Shown here in pieces: positions 59,723 through 64,000 of a stretch of 64,000 nt of DNA (its first letter is position 1; each line of letters starts with the position of its first letter). The notes beneath the pieces were generated by a model. The model was not told the origin of the DNA. It saw only the letters and a list, made by a program, of their open reading frames with translations, and did no database searches. Made by a program: the position numbers and the translations under genes. Source of the DNA: Rhynchopus sp. YZ270_cl-10 (Eukaryota); the NCBI GenBank assembly GCA_964035575.1, contig OZ037835.1, positions 248,001 to 312,000 of the forward strand, written 5' to 3'.

Positions 59723-60683
59723 TTTGTCTTCTATTCTTTGTGTTGCTCTGTTGTGTGGTGGTTGTGGGAGTTGGGGCTGTGGTGCGTGAACAACGAGGAG
59801 AAGGGAGATGGTATTAAAACAGGTGGGGGTAGGGGGGCCTTTTGATGGAAAACATGTCGTTGCGTACTTCGAGAAGAGGTACGCTCCTAAGGACTCATCG
59901 CTTTTGTTGGAAATGTGCAGAAGGGTGTGGGGAGATCGAGGGTCTTATTTGCGAACCACTCGGGTTTCCTCAACACACGACACCACCTGGCCACTGAACC
60001 ACACCAGGAAGAAAGACCACAAAAGTTGACTTGAAATACAACAGCCCTCTCGGGCACTGTCCCAATTTACCTTTTTGGATGTTTTTCCATTGTTGGTACA
60101 GGGTCGGTGCGATTCCCGAAGCACCATGTTTTCCTTTGCATTCGCACACAAAGCTCTGCACATTTCTCTCCCATGCACCACATTTTAGAAATGGGTCAAT
60201 GCCATTGTCTAGTTACTCGGAGCCTATCACTGTTGAAAACTACTTTGTTTTGTTCTTCCTTTTTGCTTCCAACATTTTTAACCCGCCTCGTGCACCTCGT
60301 GTTACCCCTTTGCTGTGGGGTTGGTCACTACATACAGCCCGTAGACCTGTCTGTGGTCTGTGTGCACCATGGTGTCGTAATAATCGAGCCTCGTTGTATT
60401 AGTGTGGATGTCGTTCCGACACGAAATGGATCTCACGTGTACTGGAGAAGGACGAGCTGTGCAGTATCTTGAGAGAACGCACGTGCACTCCGAGATCGCT
60501 TCACACGGTGTTTGGTTCGCTGGCATGGCACAGTTACGAGAAAGCAACTGTGTTTTCTGAGTGCCTCACTGACTCTCATTCAGACACTGTCTTCTAAGAC
60601 TCATACCGACGTCGCAGAATGGGACAAGCAGCTGTCACAGCGGAGCTGCTCGACGTTCCTTGCTTAGCTTCTCCTGTCGCTCT

Positions 60684-61562
60684 TTACGAAACACTGCAGC
60701 GAGGCAAGGCTGCTTTCGTCTTGTCTCTGCCACGTGTCGGAGGTGCGTCAACCACATACTTCTTCAGATTGCCGGAACGTACTCGACTGGACACAGCACT
60801 GCTGCAGCCGGCAAGGTGGATGCTCCTCAACGAAGTGCAGATGACAGCAAGGCGCTCACCAAAGTGCGTAACTCTGCTGAGCGGTGACAGGTCTATTTCT
60901 GTGAGGCTGATGCAGCCGGCGAGAAAGTTAGTGCCGATTTCAGTAACATTTCTGAGTGGTGATAAGTCCACTACTTTGAGGCTGCTGCAGCCGGCAAGAA
61001 AGTGGTCATCAATTTGTGTTACGTTGCAAAGTGGTGATAAGTCCACTGCTGTGAGGCTGACGCAGTGGGCAAGAAAGTAGAGACCAATCCGGGTGAGACG
61101 TGTCAACCCAGACAGGTCGATGCTCGTCAACGATGTGCACCGGTGAAGAAACTTATCACCAATTTCCGTCACACAGGACACAGCACTCAGATCAAGTGCT
61201 GTTAACGATGTCTGTGCCAAGAAATTGTTCGGAATGACAGTCGCAACCTCCGCCTGCAGAAGCAAACACGCCACCTCAGCATCCTCCACAGTCACCAGCC
61301 TCTCTGCAGTGATGTCCTCACCCAACGCATGAAGTGCTGCTCTGGCCTCGAACTTCTTACTTTTCGTCAACACGATTGCGTCTCCAGCACTCAGCTGCGT
61401 GATGTCGTCTCCTTCGTCCTTCCCTCCGAAGCCCATGTGGAAGCTGTCCTCAGCCAACCCCACTGCAGACGCCACCTTCTGCCGCATCGTCTCCGTTGTG
61501 TCATCCACACCCACCTCGATCATGTACGAGTTGTCTGCACAGTCCTTGATAACCACTTCCAT
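60684..61562 (-). CDS. UBL-LRR protein with RCSVS tail, 292 aa
   Basis: Start placed at MEVVIKD (ATG 61562) by homology; the ORF-track N-terminal extension is probably UTR. Confidence 0.9.
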   Translation of the reverse strand: MEVVIKDCADNSYMIEVGVDDTTETMRQKVASAVGLAEDSFHMGFGGKDEGDDITQLSAGDAIVLTKSKKFEARAALHALGEDITAERLVTVEDAEVACLLLQAEVATVIPNNFLAQTSLTALDLSAVSCVTEIGDKFLHRCTSLTSIDLSGLTRLTRIGLYFLAHCVSLTAVDLSPLCNVTQIDDHFLAGCSSLKVVDLSPLRNVTEIGTNFLAGCISLTEIDLSPLSRVTHFGERLAVICTSLRSIHLAGCSSAVSSRVRSGNLKKYVVDAPPTRGRDKTKAALPRCSVS

Positions 61563-63538
61563 TTTGTCTTCTATTCTTTGTGTTGCTCTGTTGTGTGGTG
61601 GGGTTGTGGGAGTTGCTTCCTTTGTAGGTAGCCGTACACATTGAGGAGCACTCATGCGGACTACGCCACTTTGTGTAATATTGCTCTTTACGTCTTTTCC
61701 TTCTGTAGTATAAAAGGATTCGGCCAACATTGAGCTAGACAGGTGGAGGTAGGGGGGCCTTTTGATGGAAAACATGTTGCTGCGTACTTCGAGAAGAGGT
61801 ACGCTCCTAAGGACTCATCGCTTTTGTGGGAAATGTGCAGAAGGGTGTGGGGTGATCGAGGGTCTTATTTGCGAACTCCTCCCCCTGAGATGACTCCATG
61901 AATTGGGGGGAAACGCAAGAGAAAACATTACGCATCCACTTGCCGTTTGGATGAAGAGATTAAGATAGTATTCTCAATGGAGTTCATCAGTTTATGTGAG
62001 AGGGATCAAGAAAAACAAAGACGAAAGGGGGCTTGGGGGGAAGAGTTTAATCTTTGAACGCATCCCCACACTCAGTCACACGCAAGAGACAACAAACAGT
62101 TTGGAAGTGGAATTCTTCTACTAAAAACGATCATCCAGAATGGCAGATGTGGTGAAACACCATAACTCCCACAACCCTTAGAAAGACACCCCGCAAGCCA
62201 TGCATAGTGGGGCAAGACAAAGCAACCAAAAGAGGAAGAGGACAACTTGCAAGTGTGCAGAAGAGTGTTTGGAAGCTAAGGGTACAAAGGTGCTACACCC
62301 ACGTAGGGGCGAACAACCTTCGTGACCACACGAGGTCTTTAAACAAGCTACAAGGGGTGAGAGGTCTTTTGTTTTGTTTTGCTTTGTATTTTTTTGCAAG
62401 CTTCGTTGTATTAGTGTAGACACCCGAGGAGTGTGCCCCACTATGTTCTCCTTTTGAACTTGGCCACCATCCTTTCGTTGGCTTCACGTCAGTTTTGTAT
62501 TTTCATGACTTTTCAGTTTCTCTATCCTCTGCGATATGACGCGCAAACACGCCATTTTCAATTTGATTCGCAGACCGATACTGACTCACGAAGTTGCTGT
62601 GTCAAAAAGCACCTGCCTCTGACGAGGCGGGATACCACAGCGACAACGTCTATCACTCATGCGCCTATGAGTCGCTCAATGGCGTCATCGCTTTTATCAT
62701 GACTACAGGGGTCCAACCCTGCACATTTCTCTCACAACACGAAAAGCTGAAAACACACAAATGAAAAGAGGAAAGATAATAGCATGTCTGGTGCTCCTGA
62801 CTACCCTGGTATTGCGTACTTCTAGCGTACTTTGGTATTTTGGATTTCTGGGGTACCAATGACCTTTCTTTTGACGTGAACAGACAAACAATAACCCTTT
62901 TTACCCCAAACCGCCCAGAAATGAATGTAAAATGTTAATGTACACACTCTGTTGATTCTAAAAACGGGGTGGGAAAAAAATCGCGAATATAAATTGATTG
63001 AACTAGAGAGAAAGGCGACCAAAAAGTCGCCAATTACAAGAAACCCCCCCAAAATCCGCCAATATTATTTGTATACAACAGACGCGTACGGTTGTAAGGA
63101 AATAATACAAACCGAAATGTTTGGTGTTCTTCGGTTCGAATGATTGGAATTGCGTGTGTAGTTCAGACATAAATACTGGCTCTTCTATCTTGTTCTTTTA
63201 CTCATTGTTTTCCTTTCATTGCCCTTTGCTTGTGCTCCCCGACTCCAATTCAATCAACACTCACAGAGGGGGGCCAAAAAGTTATTAGCGTTTTTCATTT
63301 TAAAAAAGGGGGATGGGTCCAATGAAAATCACTTAGCTCAAGAATGTAGGTTTTATTATTTTGGTCGCCAAGTTTCTTGTCCTACTGTATTCCGGCTTCA
63401 CCTGTGAAGCCGCCATGCCTCCTCGACCAAATGGGCGGCGATATTCGAAGGCCCACCTCAGTGAGTTGCGCAGCTGAGTGAAGCAGCTGTCACAGCGGAG
63501 CTGCTCTACGTTCCTTGCCTAGCTTCTCCTGTCCTTCT

Positions 63539-64000
63539 TTACGAAACACTGCAGCGATGCGCGTCTGCTTTCGTCTTGTCTCTGCAACGTGTCGGAGGTG
63601 CGTCAACCACATACTTCTTCAGCGTGCATTCACGTACTCGACTGGACACAGCACTGCTGCAGCCGGCAAGGTGGATGCTCCTCAACGAAGTGCATTTGTA
63701 AGCAGGAAGCACATCAAGGTGCGTAACTCTGCTGAGTGGTGACAGGTCGAGTTCTGTGAGGCTGCTGCAGTGGGAAAGAAAGCTTGTGCCAATTCGAGTA
63801 ACATTGCTGAGTGGCGATAAGCCTACTGCTGTGAGGCTGCTGCAGTTGTAAAGAAACCAGCCATTAATTTGTGTAACTTTGCGAAGTAGTGAAAAGTCTA
63901 CTGAAGTGAGGCTGCTGCAGTTGTGAAGAAAGCTGATACAAATGTGAGTAACATTGCTGACTGGTGATAAGTCCAGTTCTGTGAGGGTGCTGCAGTCAGC
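63539..64000 (-). CDS. 3' part of another LRR-CSVS family gene (runs off window)
   Basis: LSPL-type repeats ending VDAPPTRCRDKTKADAHRCSVS-TAA. Confidence 0.88.
   Translation of the reverse strand, partial: ADCSTLTELDLSPVSNVTHICISFLHNCSSLTSVDFSLLRKVTQINGWFLYNCSSLTAVGLSPLSNVTRIGTSFLSHCSSLTELDLSPLSRVTHLDVLPAYKCTSLRSIHLAGCSSAVSSRVRECTLKKYVVDAPPTRCRDKTKADAHRCSVS

Noticed and set aside
54789..64000. Diversity-generating retroelement or VLR-style cassette assembly for the LRR genes
   Set aside because: No reverse transcriptase, template repeat, adenine-specific pattern or free LRR cassette library is visible; unequal crossover and conversion suffice.

Overview
Repeat-rich eukaryotic genomic DNA, most likely from a euglenozoan protist. 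A diplonemid-like source is an inference from three things: every credible gene is on the minus strand, C/A-rich AG acceptors sit just upstream of start codons, and GT-AG cis-introns are present. (1) The main content is an expanding family of about 10 intronless genes plus one fragment, each encoding an N-terminal ubiquitin-like (UBL) domain, a helical linker, a variable number of 25-aa BspA-type leucine-rich repeats and, in most copies, a swappable C-terminal tag (bipartite NLS-like or CaaX). (2) Three ~7-TM surface receptors share a near-identical membrane module but carry WSC or LamG-like lectin heads on Pro/Thr stalks. (3) There is one receptor-type HAMP/class III nucleotide cyclase with a degenerate active site. 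(4) Two small cis-spliced coiled-coil genes are missed by the ORF track, and there is a WD40-like ORF. (5) Intergenic DNA holds many non-autonomous TIR elements with readable TSDs (some nested three deep), satellites, palindromes and candidate structured RNAs. The leading candidate for an undescribed system is the UBL-LRR-tag repertoire, possibly a diversifying intracellular recognition and degradation system. All family assignments are by-eye motif recognition; no searches were run.
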